Below, piece after piece: positions 37,451-45,598 of a stretch of DNA of 50,465 nt (position 1 is the first letter of the stretch; every line of letters starts with the position of its first letter). The DNA is from a phage. The stretch lies in sequence record NC_105618.1. One strand, 5' to 3'. The position numbers and the translations under genes were made by a program. The notes below the pieces were generated by a model, which did no database searches, had not been told where the DNA came from, and saw only the letters and a program-made list of their open reading frames with translations.

Positions 37451-37496
37451 ACTTTATCAAATGACCTTACGGCAATATTAACAAATCGTGCTATTT
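37451..37496 (-). promoter_or_regulatory. palindromic-motif promoter module
   Basis: minus strand TAGCA-N5-TGTTA, 22 nt, TAAAGT in hairpin AAGGTCA...TGACCTT. Confidence 0.45.
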
Positions 37497-37707
37497 ACCA
37501 GGGAATATAATCATCGTCGTCATTATCACCAATATCATCGCTTGGCATCTCGAAGTCGGGATTATATTCACTTTCTGCGTCCATATCCATATTCCCTAGC
37601 GCGTCGTCAAGCGTAATTTCTTTATATGCAACCTTGATACACCATTCCGCACTAAGCCCGGCATCGAGCGCGGCAAAATAACGGGTCCAGAAATTATCCT
37701 GTTCCAT
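37495..37707 (-). CDS. small highly acidic protein
   Basis: 70 aa, C-terminal DDIGDNDDDDYIPW; very low predicted pI. Confidence 0.45.
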   Translation of the reverse strand: MEQDNFWTRYFAALDAGLSAEWCIKVAYKEITLDDALGNMDMDAESEYNPDFEMPSDDIGDNDDDDYIPW

Positions 37708-37710
37708 TAA

Positions 37711-37935
37711 TTAGCTCCATGAATTAATGTAAATCGAGTTAGCCTCAAGCGTTGCGCGAACATCCGCATCTGTTGCATTTACTAAGCGCGATCCTGGTGT
37801 GCTGCCAATAACATTATTACCGTTCCGAGACTTAGTTACCGTCATTGAAATAAAACCGGAAGACTTATCCATTTTGATAACTACACGCCCTTTCGCGTTC
37901 AGATGCTTGATGATATTCTCAACTTTAATGCTCAT
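37711..37935 (-). CDS. hypothetical protein
   Basis: track ORF with upstream palindromic promoter module. Confidence 0.45.
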   Translation of the reverse strand: MSIKVENIIKHLNAKGRVVIKMDKSSGFISMTVTKSRNGNNVIGSTPGSRLVNATDADVRATLEANSIYINSWS

Positions 37936-37961
37936 TTTTAATTCCTTTGTTTCGTTTGGTG

Positions 37962-38013
37962 TGGGAGTAATATACCTTACTCCCTGTTTATTGTCTTTAG
38001 CAATTAGTGCTAT
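37962..38013 (-). promoter_or_regulatory. palindromic-motif promoter module
   Basis: minus strand TAGCA-N5-TGCTA, then hairpin GGGAGTAAG...CTCCC with TATATT. Confidence 0.45.
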
Positions 38014-38152
38014 CAGTATTCGGAAATTACTTTACACTCTTTGATTGTTCCACCTAGAACTACTTTCTGCATCATTGCTTTTTGGTGGCTATCATAAACT
38101 CGAACATTTTTTACGCTGTTAAATTTGCCAGTATAGAAAGTGTGAATATAAA

Positions 38153-38539
38153 TCATTTTTTACCGTCCCATGTTTGATACGCAGTCACAAGGTTAATGCT
38201 ACGGTCGAACTCGTCAATGCTAAGCGATCCGATTCGAACCAGTTCTTTATCATGCTTAATATCGATCATCCGGCTATATGGATGACCTGGCACGTATTTG
38301 AACAGTCGCTTTCTGTCAGCAATATCAGCGTTGATTCCATAGAATCTTCCTACTGCCGCCTTCACGCGCTCCATGATGTTTTTTTCGTGGATTGCTGCCG
38401 CGTTATTAAGCGCTGCAACCGTGCTTCCGTTAATCTTCGGTGATTTCGTTGTGATTTTATAAGTGTGGCTCATTATTCCCCCTAACCAGTCAGGATAGCT
38501 TTCTCGCTTCATCAATGATAACAGGTTCGAGACGCTCAA
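38153..38539 (-). CDS. hypothetical protein
   Basis: track ORF, TTG start. Confidence 0.4.
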   Translation of the reverse strand: MSVSNLLSLMKRESYPDWLGGIMSHTYKITTKSPKINGSTVAALNNAAAIHEKNIMERVKAAVGRFYGINADIADRKRLFKYVPGHPYSRMIDIKHDKELVRIGSLSIDEFDRSINLVTAYQTWDGKK

Positions 38540-38690
38540 GTCTAACTCGGAACGTGTTCATAAATCCTTCGTTATTCTTCAGTAGCTCGAATGCGTCTGT
38601 TGCCTCAATTGAGCTATTTCCCATGTAGGCAACTACGCTCTTTTGCGTCTTGCGTGAGATCGCAACCACTCGGTAGATATTATCACTCAT
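38490..38690 (-). CDS. hypothetical protein
   Basis: in-frame ATG 38690 overlapping upstream stop (ATGAGTGA). Confidence 0.35.
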   Translation of the reverse strand: MSDNIYRVVAISRKTQKSVVAYMGNSSIEATDAFELLKNNEGFMNTFRVRLERLEPVIIDEARKLS

Positions 38691-39054
38691 ACAATGCCTC
38701 CTTAACACGATCGGCAATGCAGGAGTTTACAGTGATTGAGTAGTTAGCCACGCCCCATAATGCAATATTGCCAAGCTCGGTACGCATAGATGGATTATTA
38801 AGCTGAATGATTGTCTCGCCAGTGTGGTTATCGACGAAGCGAGACACGCCAGAACGGTCCACCACGCGCGTTACGCGACTCACACACTCCATTGCATCAC
38901 TTACACCATAATAAGCGCTAATGGCGGCTCTCACGGCCTTCTCTTGCTTGTTATAAATCTTGCGCGCGATGTTCTCGATCGCAACGTGCTCTTTATCATC
39001 AGTCTTGATTGCCGTGCTGGCTGAGAAGTCAAGGTCAGTGAACTTCTTAAACAT
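38683..39054 (-). CDS. hypothetical protein
   Basis: in-frame ATG 39054 preceded by GAGGAAAGAA; promoter module upstream. Confidence 0.4.
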   Translation of the reverse strand: MFKKFTDLDFSASTAIKTDDKEHVAIENIARKIYNKQEKAVRAAISAYYGVSDAMECVSRVTRVVDRSGVSRFVDNHTGETIIQLNNPSMRTELGNIALWGVANYSITVNSCIADRVKEALYE

Positions 39055-39085
39055 GATTCTTTCCTCGCTTGCTGTTGATGGGATG

Positions 39086-39127
39086 ACTATACCAGCCATC
39101 ACGGATTCGCGTTTAGCAAAAAGTGCT
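39086..39127 (-). promoter_or_regulatory. palindromic-motif promoter module
   Basis: minus strand TAGCA-N5-TGCTA then TATAGT. Confidence 0.45.
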
Positions 39128-39299
39128 ATTCGATGATCTCTTTCTCAACAATCGTTGTGTAGTCGTACATGCTCTTTCCGGCGCGAATCTGTTCCTTCAT
39201 TCTGTTCTCGTACTGCTTTGCCTTCTTTTCATCAAGGTGAACAGTCTCTACATATTCACCCTCATATTGAACGCCGCCCATAACGATATATACGATCAT
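39123..39299 (-). CDS. hypothetical small protein (58 aa)
   Basis: ATGA overlap with upstream stop; not in track. Confidence 0.25.
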
Positions 39300-39676
39300 A
39301 ATCTTTCCTCCAGGATTTCACGGATACGGTTGATTGCGTCCATCTTATCGCAATCCCAACGAGTCGTTCCGTTATCCGGTCGTTCTTCGAACGCGAGACT
39401 TACCTCTTCGAGAAGGTTGTCAATGATAGCCTCCTTCTCGTCACCGTCCAGCTTTCCGAACTCAACCGATCCTACGTAACGATTGATATAAGCGATCATG
39501 CTTTTATGCTCTTTAATGGTAAAGATATCCGTGATACTGATCCCGGTATCGCGTTGCGTGATAACAACACGGTTGCTGGGGTGGATTGTCCCGCCCACTA
39601 GGCGATTGCAAATCTCAACCGTGAAACCTTTCTCATTTGCGCTATCAATTGCTGCCTGAAGTTTTGAATCTGTCAT
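39296..39676 (-). CDS. hypothetical protein
   Basis: track ORF; CCAATCAGAGGA leader. Confidence 0.45.
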   Translation of the reverse strand: MTDSKLQAAIDSANEKGFTVEICNRLVGGTIHPSNRVVITQRDTGISITDIFTIKEHKSMIAYINRYVGSVEFGKLDGDEKEAIIDNLLEEVSLAFEERPDNGTTRWDCDKMDAINRIREILEERL

Positions 39677-39707
39677 CTCGTCATTCCTCTGATTGGTTGA
39701 TGTGTTA

Positions 39708-39750
39708 AATATACCCCGATTACCTTCGGGGCGTTTAGCAATTCGTGCTA
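39708..39750 (-). promoter_or_regulatory. palindromic-motif promoter module
   Basis: minus strand TAGCA-N5-TGCTA, 22 nt, TATATT in hairpin CCCCGAAGG...CGGGG. Confidence 0.45.
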
Positions 39751-40086
39751 TTAAGCGATATCGAACTCAGCGGCATATGCTTTCTTGAAGCCAGCTTCAC
39801 GCATGGTGCGCTTGCTGATTTTGCGCGGGAATTTGTACTGGCTGTTGGGTTTAACCCACCAAAAACAGGCAGTTTCACGAACGATTTCATATTTACCGTA
39901 ACGGGTGAAGATGTCACGTTCAGCGTCAGGCTGATAAATACAGGTCAGGAATTTAGCTGCATTTTCTTCAGTTTTGATTTCTTCCCATACGAAGGAATCC
40001 ATACCGTTAACTTTGCAAGCTACCATGATGTACTCAACGCCGTTTTCGATTTTGATGATTTCGTTACCGCGATTTTCGTATTTCAT
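39751..40086 (-). CDS. hypothetical protein
   Basis: track ORF with upstream promoter module. Confidence 0.45.
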   Translation of the reverse strand: MKYENRGNEIIKIENGVEYIMVACKVNGMDSFVWEEIKTEENAAKFLTCIYQPDAERDIFTRYGKYEIVRETACFWWVKPNSQYKFPRKISKRTMREAGFKKAYAAEFDIA

Positions 40087-40124
40087 TTTCCTGCCCCTGA
40101 TGTGTATCTCGTTTCGATGAGGTA

Positions 40125-40167
40125 ATTATGCCAAATCACACCGATCGAGTTTTAACAAAAAGTGCTA
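40125..40167 (-). promoter_or_regulatory. palindromic-motif promoter module
   Basis: minus strand TAGCA-N5-TGTTA, 22 nt, CATAAT; overlaps 3' end of methyltransferase ORF. Confidence 0.45.
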
Positions 40168-40865
40168 TTTGCAATTGCTTTGAAAAATCCACGTGGCGAC
40201 AGCGATCGTATCAACTTCGTTTTGGCAGACTTGCCGCCCAGCTTGTTATGCTGCGCAGAGTACCCGTCAGGCAGGCTTACTGGCTTTCTCTCCGGCATGA
40301 CAAAATCGTCCGAGGTCCAAAGACACGTCTTTTTCGGATAAGCATCGCGCGGCGCAATATACATCGGGAACCAGGGGTGCGAGTCATTCTCAGGAAGGTA
40401 GCCGCCATACTCCCAGGGATTGAATGAGTGATCTGGTTTTCTCCAGGCAGATGACAGAACGCTAACCGGATTCTCAATGATGTAAGTCACGCCCAGGGCA
40501 TCGCCAATATTCGCAGCAATCCGGGCGGTGGCAACAGCCTTCTCCTGGAATAACGGATCACGCTCACGCTTACTTGCAAAGTGCGCAGCGCCACTAACAG
40601 CTAGGTCAGTGCATGGAGGAAAGGCCATGATTAAATCCGGCTTGCCATACACACCAGCGATAGCATCACGTTCGAACTTCTCATCAATGAAGACGTTCAC
40701 ATACTCAATGTTCGGATGCTCTACCCTGGCATTGTACTTTGCATAATCTCCGTGATCTGCCCCGTCAAAGTTGAATCACATCACCTTATGACCTCGCTTT
40801 GCCAGTTCATGACCAGCAAGGCCGGAACCGTCGAATAATGACCAGATTAATTTCACTTGTTGCAT
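40152..40865 (-). pseudogene. DNA cytosine-5 methyltransferase-like gene interrupted by in-frame TGA
   Basis: N-terminal 29 codons (LFDGSGLAG, motif I-like) end at in-frame TGA about 40776-40778; downstream frame continues with AFPPC (motif IV-like) and IIENP (motif VI-like). Confidence 0.5.
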
Positions 40866-40879
40866 TCTCCTGATTAACC

Positions 40880-41014
40880 TTATCGCTTACCCTGACCGTT
40901 GCAGGCTTGGCACGTGATTCTCTGCATTTTCCAGACCCCAGGGACTTCAGTGAATAACGGAACCATGTTAAATCCACGACCAGCACACTGACTACAAACC
41001 TGTTTTACTCTCAT
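40880..41014 (-). CDS. small zinc-ribbon protein
   Basis: 44 aa with CSQC ... CQAC; in-frame ATG 41014 with CCAATCAG-type leader. Confidence 0.35.
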   Translation of the reverse strand: MRVKQVCSQCAGRGFNMVPLFTEVPGVWKMQRITCQACNGQGKR

Positions 41015-41048
41015 TTCTGCTTCCTCTACTGATTGGTTGATGACCAGA

Positions 41049-41092
41049 ACTATACCCTGCCAACATGGATAAGTCGTTAGCAAAAAATGCTA
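41049..41092 (-). promoter_or_regulatory. palindromic-motif promoter module
   Basis: minus strand TAGCA-TTTTT-TGCTA, about 23 nt, TATAGT. Confidence 0.45.
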
Positions 41093-41701
41093 TTCCAATA
41101 ATTGCTCATTATTCCATCAATAGTGGAATAGTTGGAATAATTGCGATCCCGATTGATCTCGAATGATGAAACGTGATTATTGCATGGTGTGCAACAGTTG
41201 GTTGATTTGTTGCTGAGAATGCAATGATTGTGAGAGGGAGGATTTAGTGTTACCCGGTTCGCCTGGTAGTCATCTCCATTTTTAGCAAAAAGTGCTATCG
41301 ATTACACTTTAACTTGTCACGACTGTAATATTTGTCTAGAATCGCCATTGTGACAAAATTACACACTGTGACGCCTCTAAATATACATATAGATATATGT
41401 ATCTATATAATATATATAGTGTTTTTTTTATTTATATATATAGATAATTATATTGTAATAGCTGTGTATAGTTGTCTTACATTGTCTAGCGTACTGTTGG
41501 CATATTTCTATCTGCATGTTTATATATACAGTAATTTTTTGTGAGCTATATATTTCTATAGTGACTCTATACAGCTAGACAAATGTTACACAGCTTAAAA
41601 TTGGCTCGCAGGCGTTGACATATCTGCATTGCGCTGTCACAATGGCAATTGTTGACGCGTTATGACACCATTTACACACGAATAGACAAAGAGGTTATAT
41701 T
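41084..41701. promoter_or_regulatory. AT-rich divergent control region with repeats
   Basis: about 618 bp without ORFs of 60 aa or more; shares TCTATATAATATATATAG and GCTGTGTA..AGTTGTCT blocks with 21325-21851; GGAATA(A/G)TTG repeats. Confidence 0.6.
41283..41297. promoter_or_regulatory. isolated palindromic motif in control region
   Basis: TAGCA-AAAAG-TGCTA with no -10-like hexamer at the usual spacing. Confidence 0.35.
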
Positions 41702-42217
41702 ATGAGCAATACCAATCAGGAATTAAAAATCACCGACATGATTCGACTAACCTGCGACGCAATGTATCGCGACAAAGGCATGAGTGAGTTCTCTTTCGTG
41801 GCTGATGATATGGCCCTGGAAGGCGCGCGATTCTATTTCCGCAATCAGGATGTAAGCGATAGCGATCTTGAGTCTGCCGCTGCCGGATGGGTGGACCAGA
41901 ACCAGGCGGAGGTAGAGAAGCGATTCAAGTCTGCTTTCATCACTCCGATCATCACCCGTCACTTTTGCAAATATGGCAAGGTGGCAAAGGTTAAGGTAGG
42001 CCGAAATGACGCAGCAATCACAATGATAACGGTTATCGTTACAGACGAAGAGGTTCCTGTGAAGAAGCGCCGCAGTCGGAAAAAAGTTAGCCTGGCCGAC
42101 TGCCTGGACTCGTTTGACGTTGATGTTAGTAAGATGGGCGATAGCGAGTTAATGGTTCGCGATGTAAATGAGATCGTGCGCCAGATGAAAGCGCATATCG
42201 AAAAGTGTGGACTGTGA
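41702..42217 (+). CDS. hypothetical protein
   Basis: track ORF, AGAGG RBS. Confidence 0.45.
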   Translation: MSNTNQELKITDMIRLTCDAMYRDKGMSEFSFVADDMALEGARFYFRNQDVSDSDLESAAAGWVDQNQAEVEKRFKSAFITPIITRHFCKYGKVAKVKVGRNDAAITMITVIVTDEEVPVKKRRSRKKVSLADCLDSFDVDVSKMGDSELMVRDVNEIVRQMKAHIEKCGL

Positions 42218-42232
42218 GCACTGAACGGTAAA

Positions 42233-42275
42233 TAGCACTTTTTGTTAAAACCGGATCGGGATGGCTTGGTATAGT
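42233..42275 (+). promoter_or_regulatory. palindromic-motif promoter module
   Basis: TAGCA-N5-TGTTA, 22 nt, TATAGT in hairpin GGGAT...ATCCC. Confidence 0.5.
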
Positions 42276-42306
42276 TATCCCATCGGCAACGAATTAGGAA
42301 ACGAAG

Positions 42307-42501
42307 ATGGAAACGCAAATTGACGTAGTGGTTGTTCAGCGCGATTCAACTCACGAGAAGGGTCTGTTCAAGAAAGGAACCAAAATCACTATCGACCTTG
42401 AGGATATGGTTGCGTATCACTCGGGTCTTACCTGGAATGTGGTGCGAGTTGGCAGCGACTACAAACTCAAAGGCTTTAACACTTACTTTGCTGAGGCTTA
42501 A
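42307..42501 (+). CDS. hypothetical protein
   Basis: track ORF. Confidence 0.4.
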   Translation: METQIDVVVVQRDSTHEKGLFKKGTKITIDLEDMVAYHSGLTWNVVRVGSDYKLKGFNTYFAEA

Positions 42502-42503
42502 TC

Positions 42504-42971
42504 ATGACGACTATCACCGTATTTCTGGCTAAAGATGAATTGGACGGCGAAATGTCATTCTTCGCGTTCGAGCATAAAACCGGATCGCACTGGCACACGT
42601 ACACTCATTACACGGTCATCGCAATTGAGGCTTACGACGGCGATTTCACTGACAAGCTGAGTAATTTTATTGAAGCGGTTAAGGCTGGCGACGGCTGCGA
42701 GTGGAAAGAAGATCATGAAGTTATGCGAATGTATGAGATGATTGATCCGGTTCGCCTTGAGTCTTTCGAGCTTGGTTCTGGCGTGACCATTAAGGTGAGA
42801 AAGTCGGGTGAGTTATTGCCAGGAATGCGTGTGCTGACTGGTTACTCAGGACGTAAGGTATGGCGCACTGTATCCAAGATTCGCCAGCGATCGGCAACAT
42901 GCTACAGCGTATTCTTTGAAGATGGTTGGAATATGATGTCAGGAAGTGAAGTGAAGTATCTCACCAAATAG
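42504..42971 (+). CDS. hypothetical protein
   Basis: track ORF, coupled to upstream gene. Confidence 0.45.
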   Translation: MTTITVFLAKDELDGEMSFFAFEHKTGSHWHTYTHYTVIAIEAYDGDFTDKLSNFIEAVKAGDGCEWKEDHEVMRMYEMIDPVRLESFELGSGVTIKVRKSGELLPGMRVLTGYSGRKVWRTVSKIRQRSATCYSVFFEDGWNMMSGSEVKYLTK

Positions 42972-43011
42972 CACGAATTGTTAAAACAGGATCGGGGTAT
43001 CTTGCTATAGT
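42969..43011 (+). promoter_or_regulatory. palindromic-motif promoter module
   Basis: TAGCA-N5-TGTTA, 22 nt, TATAGT in hairpin GGGGTA...TACCCC. Confidence 0.5.
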
Positions 43012-43049
43012 TACCCCATTGAAACGAGATACCAATCAGAGGAATTACA

Positions 43050-43313
43050 ATGTCAATCGTCAAGAATCGCAAAGCAATCGAAGCTACCCGTCACAACAAG
43101 CAATACGCGATTTTCATCTCCCGCCACTGCTCAAACATCAATGGTGGCGTGCAGTATCGCCGCTATGCAGTGATTGAGCTTTCCCCGTACATTTACAAGG
43201 AGTATCGCGAAGAAAAAGGTAAGTGGGTTGAGATTGAAGGTTTAACGAGTTTCTTGATATGGAATGGTGAATTTCAGGGTTATGACGATATCAGCACTTT
43301 AATTGAGGAATAA
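43050..43313 (+). CDS. hypothetical protein
   Basis: track ORF; CCAATCAGAGGA leader. Confidence 0.45.
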   Translation: MSIVKNRKAIEATRHNKQYAIFISRHCSNINGGVQYRRYAVIELSPYIYKEYREEKGKWVEIEGLTSFLIWNGEFQGYDDISTLIEE

Positions 43314-43319
43314 ATAATT

Positions 43320-43547
43320 ATGCCACGTTACAGCAACCTAACTCAACTAACCCGCGTCAACGGGCACATGATCCCGGCAAAATCCACTCACTACGCAATG
43401 GGCGCAAAACACGGAGTCTATTTCAAGTGGCGCGGTCAATGGAACTTCACGGCGGTGAGTAATTTCTACATGCGCGTTCCGGGCGATGACCCGCAATCGG
43501 TAGTAGAAAACTCAATCGGTGACAACAAGATCGAGGTGATGAAATGA
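43320..43547 (+). CDS. hypothetical protein
   Basis: track ORF. Confidence 0.4.
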   Translation: MPRYSNLTQLTRVNGHMIPAKSTHYAMGAKHGVYFKWRGQWNFTAVSNFYMRVPGDDPQSVVENSIGDNKIEVMK

Positions 43548-43654
43548 ACTTCAATACAATTGCCCTATGGTCTGCCGTCTGGTTCTTCTGCATGGGTCAT
43601 GCCATTGTTGGGATCGTAATCATGTTACTACTGTGTGCCGGAGCTTTTGAATGA
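43544..43654 (+). CDS. hydrophobic micropeptide (36 aa, one TM helix)
   Basis: MNFNTIALWSAVWFFCMGHAIVGIVIMLLLCAGAFE; ATGA overlaps with both neighbours. Confidence 0.3.
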   Translation: MNFNTIALWSAVWFFCMGHAIVGIVIMLLLCAGAFE

Positions 43655-43824
43655 TGCGCATTCTAATTTGCATGATGGCGGCAGTCGCCATAACTATCCT
43701 GGTTGTGTCCGGCTGCGGAGAGGTAAAACAGCGATGCCATGAAACCGGGAACCAGGTTACTACGTTCGTGATGGTCGGCAACGTATTGCTACCAATCACA
43801 TCAAATGAGATCACTTGCGAATAG
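43651..43824 (+). CDS. mini-lipoprotein (57 aa)
   Basis: signal peptide MMRILICMMAAVAITILVVSGC with lipobox VSGC; mature about 35 aa with 3 Cys; not in track. Confidence 0.4.
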   Translation: MMRILICMMAAVAITILVVSGCGEVKQRCHETGNQVTTFVMVGNVLLPITSNEITCE

Positions 43825-43833
43825 GATTTAACA

Positions 43834-44025
43834 ATGGCTGATTTTATGCACCAAATGATTGCAGTATTCAAAGGCAGTGATGATGAGGAAGTTAAAGAGT
43901 GCTTTACCGTTGACAAGCCTTATAACGCGTCACTAACCAGCTTCGGGAATATCTCATTGCTTGATGATAATGGCGATCCCTGGATATTCGACGAAGACAC
44001 TGATTGCTTCGAGATTAAAGAATAG
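43834..44025 (+). CDS. small acidic protein
   Basis: 63 aa, Asp/Glu-rich. Confidence 0.35.
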   Translation: MADFMHQMIAVFKGSDDEEVKECFTVDKPYNASLTSFGNISLLDDNGDPWIFDEDTDCFEIKE

Positions 44026-44066
44026 CACTTTTTGTTAAAACTCAATATTGGGGTTGCGATATAGTA
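44024..44066 (+). promoter_or_regulatory. palindromic-motif promoter module
   Basis: TAGCA-N5-TGTTA, 22 nt, TATAGT. Confidence 0.5.
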
Positions 44067-44096
44067 ACTCCATCGACAACGAACGAGGACGAGAAC

Positions 44097-44585
44097 ATGA
44101 AAATCAAATTACTTTGCACTGGCGGTTACAAAGGCTTTACTCGCGACCTGGAAGCGGACCCTATCGTGGTTGACGCTGTGAAGTGTGATGATAGCCTGGG
44201 CGGCTACCGCGTTAATGTTGACGACCTGGTTAAAGCTGGCGTGTACGATCTGGATTATGGACTTTCGGTTAGCCCGGTAGTCGGCCCGGCAGATTTCAAC
44301 GAGAAGGACGGAACGATGTTCTTTTTCGATCGGGAAGTCCAGGCAAACATCAAGCCTCGCAAGGTTCGACTTCTCAACAATGGCGGTTATCCTATGCGAC
44401 CAGGTTATGAGAATCGCACGTTCCCGGTGATTGTTGACTTTGAAGAAATCACCGCGCACTTAGCTTATATCAACGGTGAACAGCTTAATGCTGTTGGATT
44501 CGTGGGAGGCATGAATCAAGAGGCGCTATGCTTCTTCCACTGTAAAGCCGAGCCGTTCGATATTGAGTGTGAGTTAGTATACTAA
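44097..44585 (+). CDS. hypothetical protein
   Basis: track ORF; N-terminus MKIKLLCTGGYKG resembles repeated small-domain family. Confidence 0.45.
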   Translation: MKIKLLCTGGYKGFTRDLEADPIVVDAVKCDDSLGGYRVNVDDLVKAGVYDLDYGLSVSPVVGPADFNEKDGTMFFFDREVQANIKPRKVRLLNNGGYPMRPGYENRTFPVIVDFEEITAHLAYINGEQLNAVGFVGGMNQEALCFFHCKAEPFDIECELVY

Positions 44586-44626
44586 GCACGAATTGTTAAA
44601 AGGGGATTTGGCCTGACTGGTATAAT
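44584..44626 (+). promoter_or_regulatory. palindromic-motif promoter module
   Basis: AAGCA-N5-TGTTA, 22 nt, TATAAT in hairpin GGGGAT...ATCCCC. Confidence 0.5.
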
Positions 44627-44657
44627 CCCCTACATCAACCACTAAGAGGAAGTCATT

Positions 44658-45164
44658 ATGTTGAGATTAGAAGATGTCAAATTCCCGATCAAATTTATCA
44701 GCTTTGGTTTCGGTGAAATTACGTTCATCAATGAAGGCAGGGGTACATGGGCCACTGAGGAAGTATCTCAGCTTAAGCTGGAATGGTTTATTGACAGGCA
44801 CAACGAAGTGAATAAAGAAAATTCACCAAATAAGGACTACCACTACATTATGAGTGACGGCCGGGATTCGTACAGCATGTATGATAATTGGAAGTTGGAA
44901 GGTTCAATATTCAACGGTGTAAAACCAGAAATCAAGCCGACGCTACAATGCACTCAGATCGAGAACATGCCATTGAGCGCTACGCTAAAAGGTGTCCAGC
45001 TTGATAGCGAATCCTGGCTTGAAATTACCGCCACACCGAAAACTATTGAGGCGCACGACGATATCATCACGCTGTTGCTGCATCACGGCGGTTTCAAGTA
45101 TAAGACGTTATCAGGTGAAATCAGCATTAAGCGCGGAACGCTTGTCCGCTACGAGGTGAAATAG
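44658..45164 (+). CDS. hypothetical protein
   Basis: track ORF, GAGGAAG RBS. Confidence 0.45.
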   Translation: MLRLEDVKFPIKFISFGFGEITFINEGRGTWATEEVSQLKLEWFIDRHNEVNKENSPNKDYHYIMSDGRDSYSMYDNWKLEGSIFNGVKPEIKPTLQCTQIENMPLSATLKGVQLDSESWLEITATPKTIEAHDDIITLLLHHGGFKYKTLSGEISIKRGTLVRYEVK

Positions 45165-45228
45165 TGAGCAATTGGCATAACGAACATGTAATGCAGTTTT
45201 ACCGTAATCGCATCAAGAAAGTTTTGAA

Positions 45229-45271
45229 TAGCACGAATTGCTAAACCTTCCGCAAGGCCATTTGATATAGT
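45229..45271 (+). promoter_or_regulatory. palindromic-motif promoter module
   Basis: TAGCA-N5-TGCTA, 22 nt, TGaTATAGT in hairpin AGGCCA...TGGCCT. Confidence 0.5.
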
Positions 45272-45310
45272 GGCCTTATTGAAGCAGGGCAACCAATCAG
45301 AGGAATCATC

Positions 45311-45598
45311 ATGAGCAAGAATCATAAGTTAAAAATTGCCCCGGTCCATTTCATCGGTGTAATGAACGGCACCAAAACGGCAGAGTTCCGCATCAATGAC
45401 CGCAACTTCCAGGTTGGTGATATCCTTGAGCTACGAGAGTTCGATCGCGATGAGTTTACCGGGTGGGAAGTTCACGCTAGGGTATCCGATGTTACAGACG
45501 TGACTCCTTACATCGATCGCGGGTATGACGAGCAACAGTGCGACTTCACGCAGTACGTGATGTTATCAATCAAACCTTACAGATGGGTTAGACCATGA
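45311..45598 (+). CDS. hypothetical protein (possible ASCH/PUA-like fold)
   Basis: 95 aa; pattern AEFRINDRNFQVGDILELRE; assignment by pattern only. Confidence 0.35.
   Translation: MSKNHKLKIAPVHFIGVMNGTKTAEFRINDRNFQVGDILELREFDRDEFTGWEVHARVSDVTDVTPYIDRGYDEQQCDFTQYVMLSIKPYRWVRP

Noticed and set aside
38009-38152. Possible 47-codon minus-strand ORF downstream of gene 38153-38539
   Set aside because: Its existence depends on the exact length of a T-run at about 38155-38161 that I could not count reliably by eye; the ORF track places a stop at 38153-38155.
40776-40778. In-frame TGA of the methyltransferase gene considered as a selenocysteine codon
   Set aside because: No SECIS-like hairpin is evident immediately downstream and selenoprotein use would be unexpected here; pseudogene, sequencing error or leaky read-through are simpler explanations.
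41163-41216. 17-codon Cys-rich ORF (MMKRDYCMVCNSWLICC) in control region II
   Set aside because: No RBS, lies in a repeat-rich regulatory region, and is too short to support by sequence alone.
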